Positions 1-11,556 of a DNA stretch of 64,000 bases are shown one piece after another (within the stretch, counting starts at the first letter, position 1; each line of letters opens with the position of its first letter). The notes under the pieces are model-generated. The model was not told where the DNA came from and did not search any database. It was given only the letters and a program-made list of their open reading frames with translations. The position numbers and the translations under genes were made by a program. Origin of the DNA: Monocercomonoides exilis PA203 (taxonomy: Eukaryota; Protista; Preaxostyla); contig LSRY02000023.1 in the NCBI GenBank assembly GCA_001643675.2, positions 744,001-808,000 on the forward strand, written 5' to 3'.

Positions 1-2
1 AA

Positions 3-1328
3 GAATTTTGTTTTTCTCATCCGTTGAAATCTTATGATCAAGCAAGTTCGAAGCGAGAGACAACTGTGCACAAGCAACCAACCAGACTTATTTCCATGCC
101 AAAAACAAAGCTATACGAAAAATTTAAAGAGTTGAACATAAAAATGTCTATCAGTACATTCTACAAAAAAACGAATCACTTAAAGCGTGCCAAAAGGCGT
201 TCTGATCTCTGTGATCTTTGTCAGAGATATGAATCGCTTCAAAAGAGGAAGGAGTATCTAATCACACAAGGTAAGCAACTTGATGCAAATGAAAATGTCA
301 TTATGTCATTAATTGAGAATCATAAGAAAATTGCATCCAATCAACAATCTTACTTTCGTCTTCTGAAAAATAACATATCGAAAGATGAAGCGTTGCTTTT
401 GTTTGACTTTAAAGAAAACTGGAATGTGCCCATTAAGCAAAACAGTATCAGCAAGGACTTCTACAACAAACAGGAAGTGTCTCATCTGTGCATCATTGTT
501 TATCTGAGAAATAAAGAAAATAAGATAGAAAAGCATGTTTTCAATTTTTTGTCAAACGTGATGTCACACGATTATCGTTTTGTAATCGACTGTCTCGATA
601 ATGTGTTGAGATTGAGTTTTCTTCAACAAAGAAAGACTTTTCATTTTATGTGTGACACTGGAACACACTTTCGAAATTCTTATCTTCTCCATTATCTCTT
701 ATCTGATTCTTCTCGTTTTGCACGTGGAAAGCATTGCACACTTTCATTCTTTTGCGAGAAACACGGAAAGTGTGAATGCGACGGAGAATTCGGTTATTTG
801 ACAAGGTGCATCAACGACAACATTGACGGTGAAACAGAGTTGAATAATATTGATGACTTGATTGAGTTTTTTCAGAAATATTCTCAAAATGGAATGTCTC
901 CTGAAACCAATTTGAATGAATCATCTAATTCTATTAGAAGATACTTTTTAAAGTTTGTTTTCTTTTTTTGTATTTATATTGTGTCCCTTTTTTTTGATTG
1001 CAATTTCAGATACATTCCAAGCAATATCATACTATGGAAGAAAATGGAAGTTCAGTCATTGAAAACGTATTTGTTTTACGAAAAACGAGGGAAGGAAATT
1101 TTTCGCTCTGTCTTTTCACCGAAAAACTCTGAAGGCGAATCAAGAATAGCATATAAGGAGTCGCGATCAAGAGACGAAAGGAAAAGAAAAAACAATGAGT
1201 GTTTCAAGTCAAATCCTTCAAAGAACATAATAGGAAATCAAACACAAAATATGCTTAATTATAGAATGAATAATTGTTCAAATTTTTGTGAAAATAGTTT
1301 ATCTTCAATCTCTGAACCTAATATTTGA
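3..1328 (+). CDS. Sola-superfamily-like (closest to Sola2 pattern) DDD transposase, 5'-partial, with one in-frame 57-nt intron (953-1009)
   Basis: Frame is open from the window start. CxxC..H region (DLCDLC...ENHKK) then three acidic motifs LLFDFKENW, FMCDTGTHFRN and FFCEKHGKCECDGEFG, plus SHDY. GT at 953 and TTTCAG ending 1009 remove a hydrophobic in-frame stretch and give FLK/YIP. Family assignment is from recalled motif patterns, not a search. Confidence 0.72.
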   Translation, partial: EFCFSHPLKSYDQASSKRETTVHKQPTRLISMPKTKLYEKFKELNIKMSISTFYKKTNHLKRAKRRSDLCDLCQRYESLQKRKEYLITQGKQLDANENVIMSLIENHKKIASNQQSYFRLLKNNISKDEALLLFDFKENWNVPIKQNSISKDFYNKQEVSHLCIIVYLRNKENKIEKHVFNFLSNVMSHDYRFVIDCLDNVLRLSFLQQRKTFHFMCDTGTHFRNSYLLHYLLSDSSRFARGKHCTLSFFCEKHGKCECDGEFGYLTRCINDNIDGETELNNIDDLIEFFQKYSQNGMSPETNLNESSNSIRRYFLKFVFFFCIYIVSLFFDCNFRYIPSNIILWKKMEVQSLKTYLFYEKRGKEIFRSVFSPKNSEGESRIAYKESRSRDERKRKNNECFKSNPSKNIIGNQTQNMLNYRMNNCSNFCENSLSSISEPNI

Positions 1329-1382
1329 TTTTTCGCTTTTTTGATGAATCAAACTTTTGTTTTGAAAACAAAAAATTTTTAT

Positions 1383-1575
1383 CCAACAGGAATGTTTATT
1401 GCTCAAGCTCTAATCATTATGTTTTTAACATAATTTTTAGGGTACTGCTTTTTTGCATTGATGCAAGGAAGTGGCTAGGCTGATTCCATCCTGGGATTGT
1501 GCTGTGACCGGTCCAGCACAATCCCTTGCAGGCTTTGGGGCCAGAATCAGCCTCCCAGGATAAACTTCCTGTTGG
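1383..1575 (+). ncRNA. Putative structured RNA (copy 1) 3' of the Sola-like transposase
   Basis: Stems: 1477-1486/1544-1553, 1493-1504/1514-1525, 1531-1533/1540-1542 and 1446-1457/1462-1473 (4 G-U pairs). Closing stem 1383-1399/1560-1575 extends imperfectly to about 1346/1610. Homologous covarying copy at 8948-9100. Confidence 0.7.
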
Positions 1576-1686
1576 AATCATTTTTTGTTTCAAAACAAAA
1601 GTTTGATTTATTAGTCTTTTTTTAGTGAATGTCGACATTCACAAAATTTTGAGAGTTCTCATTCATTTGTATTTTTTTTTTCGTTT

Positions 1687-3995
1687 TTGATTTCAGCGAA
1701 TATCAAACTTATTTCTTCTTATTGTCCTGTTTTTGAAAAATTCAAATCATGCACAATCAGGCTCTTGAACAAAGAACGAAAAAGAGGAAACAATAATCAA
1801 CAGCAGAATGTGAAGCCTTCACTTCCATGGACAACAATTGGGCTTGGGCTGAAGCATCTTCCAAACGATTTCTTCAGTCAGATGTTTGTTTATGAGGAAT
1901 CTGTGATTGATGAGGAAATTGGATTGGACACACTCACGCTGAGTGGGATGCATGAAGAACAGGGTCGAGTGGTTGTGAAAGAGAGGATGAGTTTCAGAAA
2001 AGAAATGATTGTGGAGGCAAGTGGCCAGGTGTATGTGAGATGGATTCAATATGTGTTTGAAGAAGTGGAATCAACATCAACTCCACTTCCAACAACGCAT
2101 TCTTCATTCATGAAGATATTTTCTGGAAAGAAATCGATCAGCGCGTGTTCGTTTGAGGGAGCGTGCTCAGCTGAGAAGGAAATGGCGGAAGTGCCATTCT
2201 GTCTGATATCTGTGGAATGAGGGAGATGCTCAATGGGGAATGTGAGCGTTTCGTGGCTTTTATTTTTGAGTGAAGCAGCCATGATTATGCAGGAAGATAC
2301 TGAAGTGAGTGGATTGACACTCAGAAATATTGATGGAAGAAAAGATTGTTTGAAGATCAATGGAGGTGGTAATGTAAAGATTTAAAAAGTGGAATCAGGA
2401 AATGTGAAGAAAAAAAGGGATGGTTCATAAATATTTGTGGAAGAGGACAAGGTTCAAATAACAGAGAAGAAAGTGAATTTTCATTTTCGATTTTGTCATC
2501 TTCATTTGAGAACATTTCATGCGTGGATGAGGGTGCAGATGTGATTGATGTTGAGGAGATGGAAGGAAATGTGGAGTTTTCGAACTGTTCATTTGGTGTG
2601 TGTTCATCAAAAAGAAAGAAAGTGAAGATGATGTATCTTTTGATGTACAAAAATATTTATATGAAGCAATGCTTGCTTGATGGGAAAACAAATGGAAAAA
2701 ATTTGAATGAGGAATTTGATTCGTGCAAATGGAATGTGCAACTTGTTGATGTGAAAGAGAGCTCAGGGGAGATAAAGGATACGAGTTTTGTGAACTGCTC
2801 CGATGGAGGTTTTTCTGTTTGTGGAGGAAATGAAAATATTGAGAAAGTTGAATCTGAAGATAACAATCCATCAATTGAAGGATATCCATCATTGAGAAGA
2901 AACATCATCTGTTCAAATTCAGGAACATTGAATGCGGTAAGTTTGAGAGGTGGAGATGGGGTGAAGGATAATTCTTCTCTTTGGATTCTGAATGATGGAT
3001 GCAGTATTGAAGGGATTGCTTCAGAGAGAGATTCATCGTTTTTCATTCCTGTTCTGGAGAGTGTGGAAGCAAAAGAAGAAGCAAACAGAATGAAGCTGAC
3101 ATTCAAAGGAATGCTTCTTGTTCCATGCAATCTGTCATTCTCAGTTGTGAAGAAGAAGGGAGAAGAGAAAGAGATTGAAAAACATGATTTTGATTCAAAT
3201 GGATTCTTATCAGAAAGAGAAGCAGAAGGAAGTGTTGCAAAGGATCTCATCAGCAATTGTGGAAATGAAATCGAGGTGAGTGTTTCAATTTTATTTGGGA
3301 ATTCAAATGCTCCTTCATCAACAAATTCATTCATTCTGAAAAACAGAAGTGAACCTGAACCAAAAGGAGATGAAAGGACTGTTGAAGGAAATAAAGAAGG
3401 AAAATCTTCATGGGCATTGGTTGTGATTTTGATATTTGCAGTGCTGTTTGTTATTGCTTTGATTGGATTTATAATATTTGTTGTTCGATGGAGAAAGCAA
3501 AAGAGAAGAACAAAAGAATTGGAGATAATTGTGGAAGACACAGTGAAAAAGGATCCGAAGCTGATTGAGATGATGACGATGGAGATGTCGCCAGAGGAGC
3601 AGTGGAGAAGGGCAGAGAGAGAGGCAGAGAAGAAGAATGAAGAGAGGATCCAGAAGAGGATGTGTGTGAAAAGTTTGGGACATTCAGAATCATCAGAACA
3701 TTTGCTGAGTGAGAGTTGTTCAACGGAATATATTTTGGGTCATGATTCAGATAAGATTCCTTATTGGGAATTAGAGAAAGATGAGGAAGAGGAAACAAGG
3801 AAGAGAACTCCATCACCATCCATTTCATCCACTTCGACGACAGATTCGGATTCAACATTTGTTCGAGGTGAGGATTTTCGTCCAACAACTTCATCCAAGT
3901 TGAATCATGAAGACACCATAGCGTGGTTGTTTTCTCGTGAAGAGCTGATTACAGATTTGAGGGATTCGTTGTTCATGCCACTTTTCATCAATTAA
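1687..3995 (+). pseudogene. Disrupted member of the expanded Cys/Gly-rich type-I membrane protein family (ectodomain, TM helix, SPEEQWRRAE cytoplasmic tail)
   Basis: Fragments 1687-2220 and 2493-3995 are separated by stops and frameshifts. TM segment WALVVILIFAVLFVIALIGFIIFVVRW. The tail is paralogous to 9937-10857 and stops early after LRDSLFM. Confidence 0.65.
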
Positions 3996-5257
3996 CCAGA
4001 TAAGAGAGTAGGTGATTGACGCTCTTCAGAAGATATTGATGACAACTGTTCTAATCTTCCTTTTGAAAAATGATCCGATACTTCTCTTTTCGAAATGTTG
4101 ACGTTCTTCAATATGTGTTGAAAAAAATAGTTGACTTTAGATTATTTTAATTTAGAAAACAATCTTATAAAACAGTGAATTTTCTGTATCACCAAATGAT
4201 TCTTTTGCGCATATTTTTAAAAAATAATAATAATAAAGATAAATACTTTTTTGTATCTGCCTTCAATGAAAGATAATACCGACAAACAATCATTTTCTCT
4301 CTTTAAAATTAAATTAATAAAAAAGCAAAACTAATACATCATTCTAAACAAACTCAAACATTTTCATCCTTTTTGAAACTTCATTTTCATCAAAAACAAA
4401 TCATGTGATTAATATTTCAATAGCTTTAACGTTTGCATTATATCTCTCAATTTCAGCTTTTTCTTTCAGCAGATTTCATAAAATTTTACAAAAATATTTT
4501 TGATAATCAAATGAATGAAAAGGAAAAGATATTGAGAAGAATAAAACTGTAATTTATCAGTAATCTCAATAAAACAATATTTCTGTAAATTGATGCTGTA
4601 AAATATGACAAAATATAAAACCGTTTTGGTATCAGGTGATAATAATAAAAAAAAAAGTGAATTGATGATATGGAAAATGAGGCAATACATATAATTTCTT
4701 GAAATCAGTCATTTTTTGAAATATGAAATGAGCTTCCGAATAGTTGAAATAAACATTTGAATGATGGAAAAAAGCAAACTTTTATACAACGTAAAATCTA
4801 TTTATACGTTTTTGATGAAATTTAAAATCCTATTTGTGAAAAAAAAACCAATCAAAATTAATAATTTTAGATTTTTTGAAACAAAAAGAAATAAAGAATA
4901 GAAAGTTCACACGTGCAAAATTGGATATTTATACACGTATTGCATGAGAAATTTCAGCACATAATTCAAGAGATATCAAAAAAATATAAATTCTGTTTCC
5001 ACCATTTCCCAAACTTTATTATGGTTAAAATGATCAATGCCAGAAAGAAATTTGGACGAACTTTTAATGAGTGATTTCAAAGAAAAGAAATAAATGTTTA
5101 TATTACAAATAGATAATTTTTGTATGTTTGAGACAGTTTTATTGAAAATGTTTTCAAAAAAAAAATACCCCCGAAAAAATTTATGATTTCAAAAATAATC
5201 ACCCAAATAACAACTCATACCATTCGCTCATAAATATTGTTCAAATTTTGTAAATTA

Positions 5258-5458
5258 ATTTCCACTTCTTTTTGTGTTCCTTCGCTTTCCTTTTTGTTCA
5301 ACCCAACTATCAGGATTCAAGGCACACTAACAAATATCAATTCTGTTTGAAAATAGATATTCAAAGAAATATAACATTCACAAAGTTCAATCAGCAGTTA
5401 TTCCTTCCTTGCTTCGTTATTCTTTTTCACCTCATTTATCATCTGTTCAAATCTTTTA
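5258..5458 (-). pseudogene. Decayed remnant of a helical-repeat multigene family
   Basis: Minus-strand translation gives KRFEQINE...LLIELCECYI and ELIFVSVP*ILIVGLNKKESEGTQKEVE with internal stops. This resembles a recalled oxymonad repeat-protein family. Confidence 0.35.
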
Positions 5459-6152
5459 TAAAACAAATAAGAAAAGATCTAAAACATCTGAACAATTATT
5501 CAAAAATATCCTGTGCATTCCCTGAAACATTTTCAGTTGGGTCTGTGCATTCCTCAAAATCAAACAGAAACAATAGGTTCATTGATTTTCCGAATGTTGG
5601 AAAAAAAATCCACGTTAAAGAATTTCAAGCACCTTTTGGGACATCTGAATAAGGACAATTCAAAACTAATCTTCTGAATCATACCTTGTCTTTCGTTTCC
5701 ATAAGAATAAATGAATAAGGATGACCAGCTTTCTATTTTGTTTGCGAAGAACTTTGATTGATGATCTGCGACAGCCAGAGCATGTTTGAGATGCTTGTGT
5801 ACACTGTTAAGTTGCACGCATGCAAGTTAAAGCACTGCTGAAGAGTAAGGTTTTTTCTTATTAACATTGGAACAAGCAGATATTTTCATTGATTTTCTGC
5901 AAAAAAAAAGATGATATTGAAAACTGCACGAAACTTCAATTTGGTAAAATATTACAAAACTTACGACGCTACATCGGCTGCGATATTTTGAATGAAAATA
6001 TAATATTGCGATATGCAAAAAAAGTGAGCTCATGTGCAATTTAGAAATGGCCCAAAAAGAAAAAGCAGGAGAAGAAGAAGGTTGAAAAGTGAAATCAATG
6101 TTTGAAAAAACTTATAAAGGTAATAAAACCATTATCCAATTAATAGATGTAG

Positions 6153-8078
6153 GTGGGAAAAAAAGATTATTCTCTTCGTCCACGTTCCACAAGAAGCCGT
6201 CATTCTACAAAAATCTACGACTTATTGACAAATCTTGCTGAAGACGACCCCAAAGGGTGTTTGTTGAATTTCCTTTGCCACTCCAAAAAAGGAAAACCCT
6301 TTCGTGAAGATATTTATACGCTCTTTAACAGTTTGTATTCAATAACATTGCAACTTATTTCATTTTGTTTCATTGGCTTATTTAATCCCACTATATTTTG
6401 TAATTCCTTTGAATGAAAAGAAAAAACTTTAAACGTATTAAAGAATTTATCGCTGTTATACGATTCGTCAAAAGCCAACACAAAAGTCTGCATTTTGCAC
6501 TCAGTTTCTTCTGATTTTTCCTTCCAGGAGCTGCTAAACTCCGGTTGGAAAATTACAAGAGCTGAATACTATAACTCGCGCGAAAGACCAAAACATAGAA
6601 ATTCAGAAAAACGGTTTGAAATGTCAGAAAAAAGCTTAAAAAATGTTTGATTTTCTGATGTGAATTGTGAAATATATTCGATTTTATCTTTTTTTCTTTC
6701 TTTCTTTAAAAGCAAATGATTTCACATTGGCAGAAAGTTGGCTTTTAGCCCATAGTTCTTGTGGTTGTCAAAACGATAGAATTTCAAAAAAAAAAAGTGT
6801 GATCCTTTCTTCTTCAATTAAATTTCTTATTGATATAAATTTATTCTGTATTTTATATTGCAGAAAAAAATAAGGAAGATAAAAGCAATGAAGAAAAAAA
6901 TAAAGAAGATAAAAACAATGAAGAAAAAAATATAGATGATAAAAAAAAATATGATGTTAATAATAAAGAAAAAAATAGAAAATGTCAAAAATTTAACAAA
7001 GAAAATATATTCTCCTTCTCAGAATAAAGTATAATAGAGAAAACAGAAAAAAGAATTATATTCTGAGATGTAAAAAGAAGTTGAAAAAAAAATGTCTCAT
7101 TCTTCTTTCTGCAAAAAGACAAAAAACTTCAAAAAAGCAAAAAAACGTACTGATCTTTGTGAGTTGTGTGTGAGAGGAGATTTTTTAACAAATAAAGAAA
7201 AAGAATTGAAGAAAAATATGAAAGAGTTGAAAGAGGAAGAAAAAGAAGAAATAAGATTGATAAATGAACATAAGAAAATGGCACAAAGCCAGAGAGACTT
7301 TTTGAATTTTTAAAGAAATAATTTGAAAATGAACGAATGTGTCATATTAATGGATTTTAAAGAAAATTGGTCTCTCCCAATTTCTTTTCATGAAACTGGA
7401 AGAAGTTTTTTGATAAGAAACAAATTTCTCATTTATGTTTTGTTGTGTATTGTCTTGATAATTATGGAAAAATGAAAAAATGTTGTTTTAATTTTTTTTC
7501 TGAAATTTTATCTCATGATTACCGTTTTGTTTTGGAATGTTTAAATAAATTGTTACGATTTGATATTTTTATGAAGGTTAATAATTTTTGTTTTTTTGCG
7601 ATAACGGTCCACATTTCCGTAATTCGCATATTTTATTTTCTTTGTTTTCTCCAAATTCATTTTTGTTTAAAAACAAACACTGTTCATTGTCGTTTTTTGC
7701 CGAACATCACGGAAAAAACGACTGTGACAGTGAGTTTGGATTGTTAACGAACATTTTAAATCATTATTTAAGAAACAAAGGAATTAACACTATTTATGAT
7801 TTAATAGATTTTTATTGTTGTTATTTTCATACTTATTTATTTAATACAGATTCCGACAATTCAACTATTTTTTTGTCTGAAAGAAATATTTCTTCTTTTG
7901 AATCTACTTCTTCTTCATCAGCATCGGCTTCTTCTTCTTCTTCGCAATTTACAAAATCAATTGAAACAAAATGCAAAACGGAGCATTTCTTTTTAAAGTA
8001 TTTAACTAAATTTTATATTTATTTATTTATTTATTTATTTATTTTTTTATTTTTTTATTTTTTTATTTATTTTTAAAT

Positions 8079-8145
<67 letters not shown>

Positions 8146-8150
8146 TTTTT

Positions 8151-8233
<83 letters not shown>

Positions 8234-8849
8234 TTAAAATTTTCAGACACACAGAAATGGAAAATACTATTTGGGGAGAGCTAACTCTCAATGGAATGAA
8301 AAATTATTTGCATTTCTCAAATAATGATGGAAAACTTTGTTCGACTGCTCTTAGCACATTTGATGAAAAAGAGATGGATGAAATGATATGTAAAGAAAAA
8401 ATGGTGGAAGATAAAAGAATTTGAAAGATATTTGAAAGAAAAGAAAATGATTAGAATGAAATTAATGTTGTGGGAAAAAAATCGGAAAAAATGTGAAAAA
8501 TGTGATTGAAAACAGATAAAGATTAATTGAAAAGAAAAACAATGAAAAGATGAATAATATAAATGATAATTTTTTATCTAATTCTATGTTTATTGACAGA
8601 TTCGACTGCGTGAAGAACAGCTCAGGTATGTCTCAGGTCTGATCTTTTTCAGAATCATCAATTAATTCAAATTCTTTTTCATATAATTATAATTCAGATT
8701 TGAATTCTTTTAATTCTTTATTTTGTAGTCAACCGCTTGAAGACTGTTTCGCAGATTCTGTTTCCGAAAAACGGTATGAAGGTGCTTGTTGTTCTGATTC
8801 AATTGAAATAGATGTAAGTGATAATGATGTGATTATTACTGAATTTTAA
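6153..8849 (+). pseudogene. Second, divergent Sola-like transposase, disrupted by frameshifts and stops; intron 7998-8246
   Basis: KKAKKRTDLCELC, MDFKENW, SHDYRFV, FFCDNGPHFRN and FFAEHHGKNDCDSEFG are collinear with the 3-1328 protein but split over several frames. The post-intron exon (HTEMENTIWGEL...NYLHF) aligns with YIPSNIILWKKM...TYLFY. The 3' limit is approximate. Confidence 0.72.
8016..8235. repeat. (ATTT)n microsatellite inside the transposase intron
   Basis: Directly visible tandem ATTT array between GT at 7998 and TTTCAG ending 8246. Confidence 0.95.
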
Positions 8850-8947
8850 TTCTTCCAATAACATAAATGGATTGTGAAATTATGCAAATAAACTCCAACT
8901 GAATCAAACTGATTTTCAAAAATATTTTATATTCGAGAAAAAATAGA

Positions 8948-9100
8948 AACTCACTTTTGCTTTTTCTATGATTCCTTAATTTTTTTCTAAAAATCAAGGT
9001 TGAGAGCTAGACTAATTCAATCCTGTTATTTTCAATTTTTTTAAAAAGAAAATAACTTACAGAGTTTGGGCTCAGAATTAGTTTCCCAGGAAAGTGAGTT
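8948..9100 (+). ncRNA. Putative structured RNA (copy 2) 3' of the second Sola-like transposase
   Basis: Stems 9009-9018/9075-9084, 9025-9033/9048-9056 and 9062-9064/9071-9073, with closing stem 8948-8957/9091-9100. Junction sequences and spacing match copy 1. Confidence 0.7.
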
Positions 9101-9216
9101 ATTATTTTTTTCTGATAAAAAACTTAAAAAATGAAAATAATTGGATTCGGAATTAAACCTTTGCGACATATAAAATCTGTGATTTTTGTGTCGGTCGACA
9201 ATAGTATCTTATGTCG

Positions 9217-9287
<71 letters not shown>

Positions 9288-9936
9288 AATGAATGCTTGC
9301 GTTGCTCAATTCGATAAAATAAAAACGAAAAAAATAATAACAAAAAAATTTTTCATTATGAATTGTGATTGTTTTTTCAAAGATCTTGTTATCCATAATT
9401 ATACAATAAATGTTTCATTGGTATGGGTGTGATCAAAATTGTTAATTGTTTATCAGTCGAATCATGATATATTAAATGCTGTAAACTTCGAATTTCATAT
9501 ATAGTTGTAACATTTATTTGAGGCGGATTGCATGTTTTTTTATTCTCGCAAGTTTCATTTAGGTCTCTGAAAAGATATTCTTTTTTTCAACAATTATTTA
9601 ACTTTCGTGTTTTTTTAATGAATAATCATTTCTTCTTGTTTGATAATTTTTTTCATTCGCAAATATCACAAGCGGTGGCTGAATGAGCTTAACTTAATGC
9701 AAATCTGAAAAAAATAGTTTTTGAAAGTTTGTTCAATTTCTTAGTGTTTTTGAAATTTCATTGTATTGTTTTGGTACATAATTATGTTGATTTTATGAAA
9801 TAAAGGCAATTTAAAGTTGATGATTGTACAATAATTCATATTTTCAAACAAAGATAAGGATTTCATGTGTTTGAAAGTTGCATAAGTTATTAATGTTTTA
9901 ACAGCAAATTTTCTAATTTATTACAACTGTGTGATT

Positions 9937-10857
9937 AGAAAAAATATCTCAGAAGAAACGAAGAGCTGGAAGAAATAGAAAATGACACAGTAAAGAAAGA
10001 TCCGAAAGCGTTTGAGATGGTGACAATGGACATGTCTCCTGAGGAGCAGTGGAGGAGAGCAGTGGAGGAGAGGAGAGAAGAAGAATGAGGAGAGGATGAA
10101 GAAGAGAATATATGATACAAATATTCAGCACTCTGAGTCATCTGAGCATTTATTGAGTGAGAGTGGATCAACAGAATGCATTCTTGGACAAGACTCTGAT
10201 AAAAATGGAGAATGGGATTCGGAGAAGGTTGAAGATGACAAAGATACAAGGAATAGTTCATCACCATCAGTTTCATCAACAGATACAGAAACCACATTTG
10301 TTCGTGGGGAGGATCTATTCCCAACCACCTCATCGATGTCGAATCTGGTGGATGCAATGGCCTGTTCATCGCCTCACGAGAAATTGATTGTCGACTTGAG
10401 GGATTCATTGTTCATGCTGCTTCATGGAAGGAATGAGAAGAAGGAGATGGCAATTGGCTCCTTGAAGGAGAGAGAGCAAACAGCTGCCCAGATCCTGTTC
10501 TGGGTGGCTAATCTTGCTCTTCACTCCTTTGACGAAATGGAAAATGAGCTTTCCTCTTTGGCCAATCTCAGTCCTCACATTGTGCTGTTCTCAGAGCACA
10601 TGGTGATCTGCATTGCCCTCCACTCCGACTGCTCCTCAGACTCTGACACTTCCTCCATCTCTTCAGCCTCCACCATTGTCACATCTTCCTCTGATTGCTC
10701 GAGAGCGAACAGGAACGGCAGAGGCTCACCTCCACCATCATCGGAGTTTGAAGACGATGACGACAACAGGAAGGATTGCATGCGATGGAAGGCACCAGAA
10801 CTGTTGATGAACAAGAAGATGAGAGCGACAAATGAATATATCAGATTATCTATATAA
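9937..10857 (+). pseudogene. Cytoplasmic-tail fragment of the membrane protein family, with degenerate kinase-like RWKAPEL motif, inside the hAT element
   Basis: Paralogous to 3510-3980 (KKDPK...MSPEEQWRRA, HSESSEHLLSES, TFVRGED, DLRDSLFML). No TM or ectodomain, a frameshift near 10070, and truncation after MRWKAPELLMNKK. Confidence 0.75.
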
Positions 10858-11556
10858 ATGCTGAAACAATATAGCTTAACGGTTCAAAAGCCGTTTCAAA
10901 ATAAGAAGCATTAAATACCTAATGGAAGAAATCAAGCAAAAAGAATCCAAGACTGGGAGCGGTAGGAAAAGCACACTGCTCGATACTGTCAGGTTGTGAC
11001 AAGAACACAACCCCAATACCAGATCCTCGCTCGTACAGGTAAAGCGTGTGCTCGTCCAGTAGTTAATGCTTGGCGCAGCAATGCTCACTTTATTCAATAC
11101 GAATTTCTGCTGATCAGAAAGAAGATGCAACTCGAGAAAAGACTGCAGTGGAGGCTAATATGGCATAGCAAAGAGTCCAGATGAACAGAGCATTTTATAC
11201 TTCTCACAAAAGGGATAAGGCTTCGCTATCTTGTACTGATAACATTTCAACTTACAATCCATTATCGTTTGAAGACCTATTCAACCAGCAACACGGACAA
11301 TTATGAAGTTGAACTTATAAAATGTTCAAAAAGATATTCATCACATTTTTCTTTATATGTTATTTTTTCCTTGCTCTTCCTGAAGTTATTCACTTTGCCT
11401 ATATTGTTTTTATTCCTCTCACGTGAACGACAAAAGCAAAAAGAAACAACAAAAATTTGTTATCTGTAACTATCAGTGAATGTGTTTAAAATTAGAAAAA
11501 AAAATAATAACCTAGAAAAAATGAAGTTGAAAAACAACATTATGAATATCAACGTT

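Noticed and set aside
1474-1560. Assigning the RNA to a known class (hammerhead, HDV-like, twister, SECIS, TPP riboswitch, U1 snRNA)
   Set aside because: There is no CUGANGA/GAAA core. The reverse strand of copy 1 mimics HDV topology but lacks a P1 partner, and copy 2 lacks the P1.1 GG. The twister-like stretch covaries as a simple stem, and there is no AUGA/GA quartet or TPP/U1 consensus. Done by eye; cmscan is still needed.
8400-8510. In-frame TGA codons in transposase 2 read as selenocysteine via the 3' RNA
   Set aside because: The copy also has frameshifts and a TAG, the TGAs align to Arg or Leu rather than Cys in copy 1, and the RNA lacks SECIS features. This is ordinary decay.
5200-9150. 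A Fanzor/TnpB gene accompanying the Sola-like element
   Set aside because: No RuvC (D-P-G, E-L, R-D-N) or zinc-finger motifs in any ORF here. The part of element 1 upstream of the window cannot be seen.
10900-11300. Retroelement or recombinase fragment within the hAT cargo
   Set aside because: GC-richer than its flanks, but no frame gives a recognisable motif.
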